Shown: positions 33,800-43,581 of the stretch, piece by piece | Numbering within the stretch: position 1 is the stretch's first letter | How the letters are laid out: every line of letters begins with the position of its first letter | Assembly (NCBI GenBank): GCA_965112635.1 | Contig: OZ218778.1 | Span: forward strand, 2,528,001-2,592,000 | Direction of reading: 5' to 3' | DNA length: 64,000 nucleotides | From: an uncultured bacterium | GTDB lineage: Bacteria > Oederibacteriota > Oederibacteriia > Oederibacteriales > Oederibacteriaceae | The notes under the pieces: generated by a model | Seen by the model: the letters and a program-made list of their open reading frames with translations, nothing else | What the model was told of the DNA's origin: nothing | Database searches by the model: none | Made by a program: the position numbers and the translations under genes

Positions 33800-36790
33800 A
33801 TGATGGCTAAATTCAAAAATTTAATGGTTATCCTTACCCTGATCATTATTTTACCCCCGCTGGTTTTTGCGGAGAATTGGCCGGGCTATAAGGGATTTCT
33901 AAAAGACAGCTTTTCCAGCGTCACCATTACTCCCTCTGCCCTAGGTTTAAAATGGGCCAAGCGTTTTACCTACCTAGCTCCCGATAACCATGATACAGGC
34001 GGTCACCTCGCCTGCGAACATTCCCGCAATATCGTCCTCCTAAACGGCAAACTGGCGCTCTGCGGTTCTGTGGACCCCAACGCCGCTACCAACACCAATG
34101 TCTGCTATATCACCATCCTCGATGCCAATACCGGCAACGCTTTAAATTGTCTCACGACCAGCCAAAGATGGGGCCCTTACAAAAACATGATAGACGTCTG
34201 CGACGCCGAGGAAGCGGAACAAATTTTAATGTGGGACCCTGACACAGGCTATTTATTCATTGACGCTGGCGGCGACATGGCCGACAAAACCGCTATCGAT
34301 CCCCTGGCCAATTCCGGCTCCTTTGACGGCACCGATGCGCAGATAGCCTTCGGGGCCTATGGGAACCTCGCCACCAACTGGCCCAGCATTCGCAGCGTCC
34401 GCACCTACAGCGAAGTGGGCAATACTGATAATAACGGTTTGACCCGTGCGGAATGTTACAGCCAAAAAACCGACGCCGAAGGTATGGCCCCTGATGCATG
34501 GGATTACGGCACTACGGGAAACGGCTCTAACCAGGATGGTTTCAATGATTGTGAGCCTGGAAGTGAATATCTCGTAGCCAGTAAAAACGAGGGTCATGAT
34601 GTGGCAGGCGGTGTGATGCTCATCAACAAATACACAGGCCTGGCTGCCAGCCATGATTGGGACCAGGCCTACAACACCTATCTGGGCTGGCCCGTATTTA
34701 AAATGTGGGGAGGCTTCCTGGTCAACCAGGACAAAGCTTACTATATGGGCCCTTATGACCCCACTGTTCCCGGCAACAGTTCTAGCCCCAATGCCAATGA
34801 TGTCCAAAAGGGCCTGCAGTTGGGCTGTCTGCAATACCAGGACCAAAACCAGTATCCCTTGGACGGAGGTTATACCGGAAATGGCATGAATGAAACCGCG
34901 GTCAAAATTGCCAGCGTATTCAACTATACCTTCACCAGTGCCGGCCAGGCCTGGCAGGAAACCGATGGTACCTATAGGAACAAAGCCTTTCTCCTGGATA
35001 GCGCGACCGGCGGTGTCTGGGCAGCTTGGAAACCGACCGTGGCCGGCACGGTCCAGCTGGTCAACGCCACTCCGTCAACCAGCCAGACCTATAACTTGTC
35101 CGTGGGAACCAATATGCAACAGGCGGATATCTGGCCCAACATGGCCTTGGCCAACCTGGGCGCTGCCGGAAAATATATCGTCTACGCCATATTCAACGCG
35201 CAAACTCCCACTAACAGAGGCGGTCCGGCAGGACATCCGGGCAACCAGCCCACGGGTCCAGCCTTAGCGCCGACAGGCCCAAGCACACTCACGGTTTTTG
35301 ACTGCAATGCTGGGACTGAAAAATGGACCTACCAGTTGAACAACACTGCAGGGAACGGCAACTACCCGACACTTTCCCCCAACATGTTCGTACTATACTC
35401 CGAAAGGGAAAGGATGATCGTCACGGGAAATTATGCCTATGTATCCTGGATAGATATGCAGACCGGACCTAATTTGAAATTAAATGTGGTGGGCTTTGAC
35501 ATTACCGCGAACAGCGCCCCAGCCGTGCCCCCCACTCCCTTTACTTATGACCTGGGCGTGGCCCTTAACGGCAGCACGACCGCGGGACAGGGCGGGAATA
35601 TGGCCAGCCGCGCCACGGACATGATCGCGGCCGACGGCACCCTCTACGTGCTGGTGGACGAGGAAACCCTGGTCAATGGTGACGGCGGTCTTACCACCCG
35701 ACCCGGTTACCTCAATGCCCAGCAAATCATTGCCTTGAGCCAGGCCGCCCAAACCCCGACCTTTACCTCCACCCCGACCTCCACGAGCACGGCTACAGCG
35801 ACGCGCACCGTCACCCAGTCCCCTACGATAAGCCCCACCTTGACGGCCACGGTCACCTCCAGCCAGACCACCACTAGATCTCAGACCGTAACCCCATCCC
35901 TGACCCTCACTCCCAGTCTGACCGCTACCATAACCACCACCTCAACGCAGACCGTGACCAGCTCCCAAACCGTAACTCCTTCTCTGACCCCTACTCCCAG
36001 CCTGACCTTTACTATCACCACCACCTCCACCCAGACCTATACCGCGACGCAGACCCTGACCTCTTCTAAAACACCTACTTCCAGTCAGACCTTTACAATC
36101 ACCACTACCTTCACTCAGACCTGCACCTCTACGCAAACTCTGACCTTTACCCAGACATCCACGGCCACCCAGACCGCCACGGCTACCAACACAGCCACCC
36201 AGACCTATTCACCCACTCAGACCCTGACCCCTTCGCAAACCCTGACTTCCAGCCAGACCTTTACCGTGACAGTCACCGCGACCCAGACTGTCACCTTTAC
36301 CCAAACCGCGACCTTTACTCAGACCCTGACCTCTAGCAACACCTTTACCGTGACCAACACCGTGACGCCTTCCCAGACTGTGACCCCCAGCCTGACTGTG
36401 ACTTCAAGCGCCACCCTGACCAGCTCCCTGACTTTTACCCCGACTCCCAGCGGCAAACTGCAGATCCTGCAGCATGTGCCCTACCCCAACCCTGTCCAGC
36501 ATAATAATATGAGCATTTATGTGGAGCTGGCTGACGTGCCCGGCAGGATGAATTTCAAGTTTTACACCTGCGGGATGAGGCTGGTGCGGGCTTTCCATAT
36601 TGAACAACCTGGGAATAATATGCAGATCGTGTATGACAACAATGTGGCCAGGTACGCCTACACGCTTAACTACGACCTTACGGACGGGAACGGCAACTTG
36701 CTTGCCAACGGTCTGTATTATTACGCCATTGAGACCAGTAATAGCGCTATGAAGTACAGGGTCATCGGCAAATTCGTCGTCCTGCGCTGA
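33800..36790 (+). CDS. Large secreted protein, paralogue B of 29764-32649
   Basis: Same architecture with long shared peptide blocks (e.g. LINKYTGLAASHDWDQ, GPALAPTGPSTLTVFD) and a near-identical C-terminal domain. Confidence 0.8.
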   Translation: MMAKFKNLMVILTLIIILPPLVFAENWPGYKGFLKDSFSSVTITPSALGLKWAKRFTYLAPDNHDTGGHLACEHSRNIVLLNGKLALCGSVDPNAATNTNVCYITILDANTGNALNCLTTSQRWGPYKNMIDVCDAEEAEQILMWDPDTGYLFIDAGGDMADKTAIDPLANSGSFDGTDAQIAFGAYGNLATNWPSIRSVRTYSEVGNTDNNGLTRAECYSQKTDAEGMAPDAWDYGTTGNGSNQDGFNDCEPGSEYLVASKNEGHDVAGGVMLINKYTGLAASHDWDQAYNTYLGWPVFKMWGGFLVNQDKAYYMGPYDPTVPGNSSSPNANDVQKGLQLGCLQYQDQNQYPLDGGYTGNGMNETAVKIASVFNYTFTSAGQAWQETDGTYRNKAFLLDSATGGVWAAWKPTVAGTVQLVNATPSTSQTYNLSVGTNMQQADIWPNMALANLGAAGKYIVYAIFNAQTPTNRGGPAGHPGNQPTGPALAPTGPSTLTVFDCNAGTEKWTYQLNNTAGNGNYPTLSPNMFVLYSERERMIVTGNYAYVSWIDMQTGPNLKLNVVGFDITANSAPAVPPTPFTYDLGVALNGSTTAGQGGNMASRATDMIAADGTLYVLVDEETLVNGDGGLTTRPGYLNAQQIIALSQAAQTPTFTSTPTSTSTATATRTVTQSPTISPTLTATVTSSQTTTRSQTVTPSLTLTPSLTATITTTSTQTVTSSQTVTPSLTPTPSLTFTITTTSTQTYTATQTLTSSKTPTSSQTFTITTTFTQTCTSTQTLTFTQTSTATQTATATNTATQTYSPTQTLTPSQTLTSSQTFTVTVTATQTVTFTQTATFTQTLTSSNTFTVTNTVTPSQTVTPSLTVTSSATLTSSLTFTPTPSGKLQILQHVPYPNPVQHNNMSIYVELADVPGRMNFKFYTCGMRLVRAFHIEQPGNNMQIVYDNNVARYAYTLNYDLTDGNGNLLANGLYYYAIETSNSAMKYRVIGKFVVLR

Positions 36791-36878
36791 TAGGCCTACA
36801 CCCTACCCTACTTTATCCCTTGCTAGCTAATAATCCGAACAGTTAACCAGAGAGAATATAGGATAGCTACCAGGCCCT

Positions 36879-39800
36879 TCATTTCAATACAATGAATTTT
36901 TTAGGTCCAATCTTGGTAGAACCCTGGTAGGTGTATGTTGAGCTGTATTTCATGCTGACCATGTACAGGTAAACACCGGATACGAAATTCCTGACATCCA
37001 AAATGCTCGCCTGCGGCCCTCCCTGCTTTTGCTCCTCTATGGTCGCCACCAGTTCCGCGGCTTCATTATATACCCGTATCTTCACAGTCCCCGGCCCTGC
37101 CATCAGGTAAACAATGGTCGCTGAATCCCCTGTTGCCGGCGATGGGTAAATAAACGAAGTACCAAGGGTTGGAGGGGTTGTGATAAAAGTCGGCGTGTTA
37201 GTAAAAGTCAACGAAGGCGTAAAGGTCATAGACGGGGTCTGGGTCTGCGAAGGCGTAGAGGTCTGGGTCGAGGTATAGGTCTGCGTCCCCGTCATGGTCA
37301 CCGTGAAGGTCATGGTGACTGTGAAAGTCTGCGTGATCGTGGCAGTCTGGGTTGCCGTATTGGTCTGTGTGGCCGTGGCGGTCACCGTGGGAGTATTGGT
37401 CGCGGTGCCTGTCTGGGTTACGGTGGCGGTCTGGCTGGAGGTCAGGGTTTGGGTCAAGGTCATGGTGCTGGTCCCTGTCATGGTGCTGGTAGCGGTCACG
37501 GTAATGGTTGCAGTCTGCGTGCTGGTGGCTGTCTGGGTAGCGGTAGGGGTACTGGTCCAGGTCTGGGTAATAGTAAAGGTTAGGCTGGAGGTCAGAGTTT
37601 GCGAAGGGGTCAGGGTCTGGCTCGGCGTCAGGGTCTGCGTCGCGGTATAGGTCTGGGTGCCTGTGCTGGAAGGTGTCAGTGTCAGGCTGGGGGTCAAGGT
37701 CATGCTGGGGGTCAGGGTTATGGTCGCCGTGGCGGTCTGGGTCCCTGTGGTCGTAGGAGTACGGGTAGCACTTGGCGTCATAGTCTGGGTGGCCGTATAG
37801 GTGAGCGTCGTCGTCGCCGAACTGGTGGAGGTCGGGGTCGAGGTAGAGGTGTTCTGATTTTGCTTCCAGGCGCCTCCGCCGTAAGACCCAAGATATATCA
37901 TGTTATTGGCAGTGTCAAAAGTCATCCGATGCGGCGATTCATAAGGCAGACCCGTCAGCCTTGTCCAAGTGCCGCCGCTGTCCAAGCTTTTCCACAAACC
38001 CTGCCCGCTGGTGGTCAGGTACATGGTAGAGCTGGTGACCGGGTCAAAGATGGGCTGGAACCCGATGATTCGAGGAAAGATTAGTCCCGGGTCTACGTTG
38101 CACTGGGTCCAAAGCCCGCCCCCGTTGATGGTCTTGTAAAGCCCCGCGTCGCCCGAAGGCTGCCAGCCGTTGGTAAAGGTCATATACACGATACTACTGT
38201 TGGACGGGTCCACGTTATATTCCTGGGGCGTATAGGCCGGACTGCCCCCGTCTACGTTGGCGGAAATATTGGTCCAAGTCACGCCGTGGTTCACGGACTT
38301 AAAAAGCCCTCCCGGGTTGGTATAACCAGGTCCGTCCCCAACAATGAGGCAGAACATGGTCCCATCGCTGTGCATCCTCAAGGTATAAAGATGCGTATTG
38401 GTCCCCACAGCCAGAGAACTGTCGGACCATTTGCTCCAGTTGGTGCCTCCGTTGGTGGACCTATAAACAGCACCAGGGGTTGTGCTGGAAGACCCGTAAG
38501 CCGTGGCATAGATAGTGGCGGGATTGGTGGACTGGTCCGCGGTCAGGGAAGTGATGGGCAGAGGCAGGCCGTTGTAGGTCGGTAAACCGGTGTGGTAGGA
38601 ATCGCTCCAAGTGACGCCTTTATCTATGCTTTTGATGACTCCCCCGCACACCCAGGAACCGGGAAAAGTGGGTCCGCTTACTTTTGACGGAATATCATGC
38701 TGCCAGGACTGCGCCGCGTAAACCCAGGAAGTTTTACCCGCATGGGAATCAAAAGCCAGGGCATAGATGGTATTGATCACATAGGGTTTGGGACCCGAAT
38801 ACCAGTTCACCCCGCTGTCCGTGCTGTAGGCATAACCGATATCGGTATAGCAGATATAGTGATAGCTGGGATCGGCCGGGTTGATGTAATAATTATGGAC
38901 CCCGGTCACCTCCAGTCCCCGAGAGGTCCAGGGCTGGCTGGGCTGCAGTGTACCCACGGACGTGGAGTAGACCTGCTGCCAGTTATTTCCCCCATCCACA
39001 CTGGAATAAATGTCCCCGCTGTTACTGGCCATCACCTGGTTGGTGTTAGTAGGATTAACGCTCAACCCGTTGAGAAAAGGACCTACCCAGTCGGACTGGA
39101 CCAGGTCAAAAGTTTCCCAGCCAACCGTGACGTTCGGGGGCTGGGGGCCGTACCCGTTCCAATTGACGTTAAAAACCTGGGTCCAGGCACCGCCATCATT
39201 GGTGGTTTTATAAACCTCAGCGCCCAGAGGCGCGACTGTGTCGGTCACATAGGCCGTATCCGGCGCATTGTCGGCCACGGCCAGGAGATAATTGGTGGTG
39301 TTGCCGTCACTGGTGGTAGGGGTCCAGTTCCCCCCGTTGATGGACACATAGACCGGCTGGCCGGGCATGACCACATAGGCGGCCTCGCGGTTGGACGGGC
39401 TGGTCACACTGCCTCCGGCAAAGCTGGTCGGGTAAGAGGATCCGGTAAACGCGGGAAGCCCGGTATTAAAAGGGGCCCAGGTGGCTCCCTGGTTCAAGGA
39501 CCGGTAAACTCCCTGGCTGGTGCCGCAATAGCAGGTGCGGTTGCCCTGCTGTGTTGTCTGGTCCACCAGGAAATTAACCACAAAACCGCTGATAGTAGGG
39601 CACAGGGTCCAATTTACTCCGCCGTTGATGCTCCGGTAGGCCTTGGTGGGCGTGCCCACGAACATCAGGGAAGCGTCCCCCCGGTCAATGTAAATGCAGG
39701 TCAAATACTCCGACCAGGGCCCATTCACCACGCTCCAGGTATTGCCCTGGTCTGTGGTCTTTAAAAGATAGGAGGCATAATTGCTTTTTTGGTCGCCAAA

Positions 39801-40157
39801 ACCCCAGACCGTATTGACATCCGTGGGGCTGAAAGCAAAAGGGCACTGGCGGTCCCTGATCAGGTTCCCGTCCCCGGGAACATTCACCAGGGAATTGATC
39901 TGCATGAAATCCAACATGACCCAGGTGTTGCCGCCATCCACCGAACGGTAAAATCCTCCCATATCGCAGGAACAAAAGATCAGGTTGGAATTCAGTGGGG
40001 AAATGGACGGGGCATAGATGGTACCTCCTCCGCCCAATCCCACGGGAGTCCAGGTAATGGTCTGCCCGGACAATATTCCTGCTAGGTTAAGACACAGCGC
40101 AACCGCCAGGAAAATGCAGTAAAACTCGTATTTACAGGCCATTATAGAGGTTCTCAT
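36879..40157 (-). CDS. Secreted BNR/Asp-box repeat GH74-like glycosidase with a Thr-rich linker and C-terminal Ig-like sorting-type domain
   Basis: Many SxDGGxTW Asp-boxes; CDMGG and YTDIG Asp motifs; FIYPSP...SGVYLY...KKFIVLK tail. Start taken at ATG 40157 (SD AAGGAGG). Confidence 0.8.
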   Translation of the reverse strand: MRTSIMACKYEFYCIFLAVALCLNLAGILSGQTITWTPVGLGGGGTIYAPSISPLNSNLIFCSCDMGGFYRSVDGGNTWVMLDFMQINSLVNVPGDGNLIRDRQCPFAFSPTDVNTVWGFGDQKSNYASYLLKTTDQGNTWSVVNGPWSEYLTCIYIDRGDASLMFVGTPTKAYRSINGGVNWTLCPTISGFVVNFLVDQTTQQGNRTCYCGTSQGVYRSLNQGATWAPFNTGLPAFTGSSYPTSFAGGSVTSPSNREAAYVVMPGQPVYVSINGGNWTPTTSDGNTTNYLLAVADNAPDTAYVTDTVAPLGAEVYKTTNDGGAWTQVFNVNWNGYGPQPPNVTVGWETFDLVQSDWVGPFLNGLSVNPTNTNQVMASNSGDIYSSVDGGNNWQQVYSTSVGTLQPSQPWTSRGLEVTGVHNYYINPADPSYHYICYTDIGYAYSTDSGVNWYSGPKPYVINTIYALAFDSHAGKTSWVYAAQSWQHDIPSKVSGPTFPGSWVCGGVIKSIDKGVTWSDSYHTGLPTYNGLPLPITSLTADQSTNPATIYATAYGSSSTTPGAVYRSTNGGTNWSKWSDSSLAVGTNTHLYTLRMHSDGTMFCLIVGDGPGYTNPGGLFKSVNHGVTWTNISANVDGGSPAYTPQEYNVDPSNSSIVYMTFTNGWQPSGDAGLYKTINGGGLWTQCNVDPGLIFPRIIGFQPIFDPVTSSTMYLTTSGQGLWKSLDSGGTWTRLTGLPYESPHRMTFDTANNMIYLGSYGGGAWKQNQNTSTSTPTSTSSATTTLTYTATQTMTPSATRTPTTTGTQTATATITLTPSMTLTPSLTLTPSSTGTQTYTATQTLTPSQTLTPSQTLTSSLTFTITQTWTSTPTATQTATSTQTATITVTATSTMTGTSTMTLTQTLTSSQTATVTQTGTATNTPTVTATATQTNTATQTATITQTFTVTMTFTVTMTGTQTYTSTQTSTPSQTQTPSMTFTPSLTFTNTPTFITTPPTLGTSFIYPSPATGDSATIVYLMAGPGTVKIRVYNEAAELVATIEEQKQGGPQASILDVRNFVSGVYLYMVSMKYSSTYTYQGSTKIGPKKFIVLK

Positions 40158-40287
40158 CCACAACCTCCTTAAAATTTAAGTATATCACTTCTAGGCTTGT
40201 CTGATTGGACAACAAAAAAACGTCTAAGTTCCACATTTTTAAAGGAATTTAATTGGAATTTGGGAGGAAAGGTTACAGGAGATAAAG

Positions 40288-41097
40288 CTATATGGCCACA
40301 ACGCTGATTTTCAGTTTGTCCGCGGCTTTGATGAATTTTTCTCTTTCAATAAAAAGGGTCTTTCCGGCATTCACGGCCAGGGCGGTCACTCCGGCTTTTT
40401 TCAGCATGGTCAAAGTCTTTAAACCGACCACAGGAACGTCGAAACGCATATCTTGATGTGGCTTGCTGACCTTCACCACCACTAGGTTGCCGTGGGCTTC
40501 CCTGCCGGCCCTTTCAATGGTCTTATCCGTGCCTTCAATGGCTTCCACACCTATGACGGCCTGATTTTTGACCACCAGGGTCTGGCCTACGTCAATCCCG
40601 GCGATCACCTTGGCCATCCTGAGACCGAACCGGATGTCTTTCCACTCTTTGGGAGAAGGCGCCCTTTTGGAAAGCACTCCTTTTTCAGGAACAAGCTGGG
40701 AAAGGTATAAAAGGGAGTTCTTCAGCCTGATCCCCTCCTTGGCCAGTTCGCTGGCTACCGCGCCCAATAGCGAATTGGCCTTTTTGTCCTTGAGGCTTGC
40801 CAGGAGTTTCACCGCGCGCCAGTCAAAGGTCAGGGGTGAAAAAAGCAGGTGGTGCCTGACCTTGCCGGCCATCACCACTTCTTTGATGCCGTATTTTTTC
40901 AGGATCCTGATGAGCCGTCCCAGCTGTCCCACGTGGACCCATTCACAGACAAATGCTTCTTTTTCCAGTTGGCGGTTGGCGTCCTCTTTGATACCGACGG
41001 CGATCACATTGACCCCGTGCCGACGCGCGGCCCTCACGAATAGGATGGGGAACTGCCCGCTGCCCGCGATAAGCCCAATCCTCTTCTGTGGTTTCAT
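40288..41097 (-). CDS. lpxI: UDP-2,3-diacylglucosamine diphosphatase LpxI
   Basis: IGLIAGSGQFP, DVGQT, VEAIEGTD and KPHQDMRFDVPVVG. Confidence 0.93.
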   Translation of the reverse strand: MKPQKRIGLIAGSGQFPILFVRAARRHGVNVIAVGIKEDANRQLEKEAFVCEWVHVGQLGRLIRILKKYGIKEVVMAGKVRHHLLFSPLTFDWRAVKLLASLKDKKANSLLGAVASELAKEGIRLKNSLLYLSQLVPEKGVLSKRAPSPKEWKDIRFGLRMAKVIAGIDVGQTLVVKNQAVIGVEAIEGTDKTIERAGREAHGNLVVVKVSKPHQDMRFDVPVVGLKTLTMLKKAGVTALAVNAGKTLFIEREKFIKAADKLKISVVAI

Positions 41098-41100
41098 CCT

Positions 41101-42687
41101 CTATTCCCTGTAAACCCTGTAATCGATCTCCGGGAAAATATTGTCCTTGTATTCAATATCGGCGAGCCAGGGTTCGTCGATCTGGTTGTTCTTGATCTGC
41201 TCGTAGAGCTTGGTGAACCTGCCCACGTGGTCCACGGTCCTCTTGTGGGCGTATTCCACCATGGTGCCGGTCTTCATGATAAAGGCCCAGTCGCTGGATT
41301 GTGCCAGCAGCAGCTCCCGGGCCGCCTGGTTGAGCGCCCTGCGGGCCAGACCTTCCGCCTGCGGGAACCATCCGGCCATTTCCACCATCCGGTCGGCTGC
41401 CTTGTGCAGGTGACGGTAGATCCAATCGTTGCTCCCTTCCAACCAGACCTCGTGGTATCCCTTGTAGCCCCAGCTGGACATGTTGGGGACAAGCACCTGG
41501 TTGCGGGGGTATTTTTGGAGGTATTCCCAGGGAGTGGTCAGTTTGACGATGTCCTGGTCGTGATGGATCTTGCGGAAAAGGAAATTCAGGAACTGCGGGC
41601 CCTCATACCACCAGTGGCCGAAAAGCTCCGCGTCATACGGAGCCACGATGATAGGCTGCCGGCCCAGGACTCCGTAAAGATGCTCGACCTGTTTTTCCCG
41701 GTTGAACATGAAATTACCCGCGTGTTCCGCGGCTTTTTCGGTTCCCCGCCAGGGCACGTAGGGCTCCTTGTGATTGCCCGTTCCGGTGATACGGTAATAT
41801 TTGATGCCCGTGTTGATCCTCATCCCGCTTTCATGGATATAGGGCTTGATGTAATCAATAGGGAGGTCAAAACCCACGTCACGATAAAACTCCCTGTACT
41901 CAAAATCCCCCGGGTATCCCTCGACGGCGCTCCAAACTTGCTTGGAAGACTCGATATCCCTTCCAAAAGCCGCTACCCCTGAAGGGCAATAAACCGGGGC
42001 GAACACTCCAAAACGGGGCCTTTTGGAGCCAAAAAGGATCGCGTGGGAATCCACGAAAAAAAACCTGATTCCGTATTTCTTCAGCAGGACATCGTCTCCC
42101 GGGTTGTAAGCGCATTCCGGAAGCCATATCCCCCTGGGTTTCCGGCCCAAATGCTTCTCGTGGCACTGCACCGCCACGGCGATCTGGGCTTCCACGGCTT
42201 TTCGGTTGAGCATCAAGGGCAGATAGCCGTGCGTGGCCCCGCAGGTGATGATCTCCAGCTTTCCGGCGTCCTGGAATTTTTTGAAACCGCTCACCAGATT
42301 GCGGTGGTAGTAGTTCTCAAAAAGATCCAGGTCCCTTCTGAACTTCGCGGCGTACATTTTGGCGCATTCGTGGAAATTCGGGTCGAAATGGGTGCGGGCA
42401 TATTCCTTTTCGGACAACTCGATAAGCTTGTGCAGGTGCTTCAAGAACCTGTCCTGCAGCAGGGGATCGGTCATCATGGAGATAAGCGGCGGGGTCAGGC
42501 TCATGGTCAGCCTGAAATCCACCCCGTCCCGCAAAAGTCCCTCGAACATGTCCAGCAGGGGCAGGTATGTCTCTAGGACGGCTTCGTAGAACCAGTCCTC
42601 TTCCAGGAAATCTTCATATTCGGGGTGGCGGACAAAAGGAAGGTGCGCGTGGAGGACTAACGAAAGATAACCTTTTTCATTACCCAT
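41101..42687 (-). CDS. GH57 1,4-alpha-glucan branching enzyme (DUF1957)
   Basis: VLHAHLPFVRHPE, ETYLPLL, GIWLPECAY, PYDAELFGHWWYEGP and AQSSDWAF. Confidence 0.93.
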   Translation of the reverse strand: MGNEKGYLSLVLHAHLPFVRHPEYEDFLEEDWFYEAVLETYLPLLDMFEGLLRDGVDFRLTMSLTPPLISMMTDPLLQDRFLKHLHKLIELSEKEYARTHFDPNFHECAKMYAAKFRRDLDLFENYYHRNLVSGFKKFQDAGKLEIITCGATHGYLPLMLNRKAVEAQIAVAVQCHEKHLGRKPRGIWLPECAYNPGDDVLLKKYGIRFFFVDSHAILFGSKRPRFGVFAPVYCPSGVAAFGRDIESSKQVWSAVEGYPGDFEYREFYRDVGFDLPIDYIKPYIHESGMRINTGIKYYRITGTGNHKEPYVPWRGTEKAAEHAGNFMFNREKQVEHLYGVLGRQPIIVAPYDAELFGHWWYEGPQFLNFLFRKIHHDQDIVKLTTPWEYLQKYPRNQVLVPNMSSWGYKGYHEVWLEGSNDWIYRHLHKAADRMVEMAGWFPQAEGLARRALNQAARELLLAQSSDWAFIMKTGTMVEYAHKRTVDHVGRFTKLYEQIKNNQIDEPWLADIEYKDNIFPEIDYRVYRE

Positions 42688-42690
42688 TTT

Positions 42691-43581
42691 TCATCCAGCC
42701 AGTCTTTTCAATGCTTCCTGATATTTTTCGGATGTTTTTTGGACCACTTCATCGGGCAGCACCGGCGCCGGCGGCTTCTTGTTCCAGCCTATTTTCAGCA
42801 GGTAGTCGCGCACATACTGCTTGTCAAAGCTGACCGGGCTGGAACCGGGCTGATAAGCATCAGCCGGCCAAAACCTGGAGGAATCCGGGGTCAGGACTTC
42901 GTCGATGAGGATGACCCTGCCCTGATAAAGACCGAACTCGAACTTGGTGTCCGCGATGATAATCCCTTTGGTCAAAGCGTATTTGGCGCCCTCTTCATAC
43001 AGCCTCAGGCTGGCGTCCCGGACCTGTTCGGCGATGGAGCGGCCCACGATGGCGGCCGCGCCTTCGAAATCGATATTCTCGTCGTGCTCGCCCTGGGGAG
43101 CCTTGGTGGCCGGCGTAAAGACCGTCTGCGGCAGCCTGTCCGCCTCTTTTAGTCCGCTGGGATGTTTTACCCCGCAGACCGTCCCCTTTTCCTTGTATTC
43201 CTGCCAGGCCGACCCGGCCAGGTAACCCCTCACCACTGCTTCAATAGCCAGGGGCTGGGCCTTTTTGACCACCACGCTGCGTTTCTGGTAAGGAACCAGC
43301 TCGGGTTTGAGCTGCGCGCTGGGCCAGGGATTTGTCGAAACAATATGGTTATCGATGACAGACCTGGTCTTGTTGAACCAGAAATTGGAAAGGCTGGTCA
43401 GTATTTCGCCTTTACGCGGGATAGGATTGGGAAGGATCACGTCAAAAGCAGAAAGTCTGTCCGTGGCCACGATGAGGAGGTTGTCTCCCATCTCGTAAAC
43501 ATCCCGGACTTTGCCTTGCTTGATCAGCTTGTAACCTGGAAGCTGGGACTGCAGGATATTCATGCCATCAGGGGAAGCCAT
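42691..43581 (-). CDS. purC: SAICAR synthetase
   Basis: GKVRDVY, TDRLSAFDV, VVRGYLAGS, IADTKFEFG, DEVLTPDSSRFW and DKQYVRD. The start is ATG 43581 or 43563, not 43695. Confidence 0.95.
   Translation of the reverse strand: MASPDGMNILQSQLPGYKLIKQGKVRDVYEMGDNLLIVATDRLSAFDVILPNPIPRKGEILTSLSNFWFNKTRSVIDNHIVSTNPWPSAQLKPELVPYQKRSVVVKKAQPLAIEAVVRGYLAGSAWQEYKEKGTVCGVKHPSGLKEADRLPQTVFTPATKAPQGEHDENIDFEGAAAIVGRSIAEQVRDASLRLYEEGAKYALTKGIIIADTKFEFGLYQGRVILIDEVLTPDSSRFWPADAYQPGSSPVSFDKQYVRDYLLKIGWNKKPPAPVLPDEVVQKTSEKYQEALKRLAG

Noticed and set aside
32310-36790. Possible diversity-generating retroelement (TR/VR pair) between the paralogue C-termini
   Set aside because: Both copies are coding, the differences are not adenine-specific and are largely synonymous, and there is no reverse transcriptase in the window.
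37294-37650. Val-rich 118-aa ORF that looks like a membrane protein
   Set aside because: It is the reverse complement of the Thr-codon (ACN) repeat tract.
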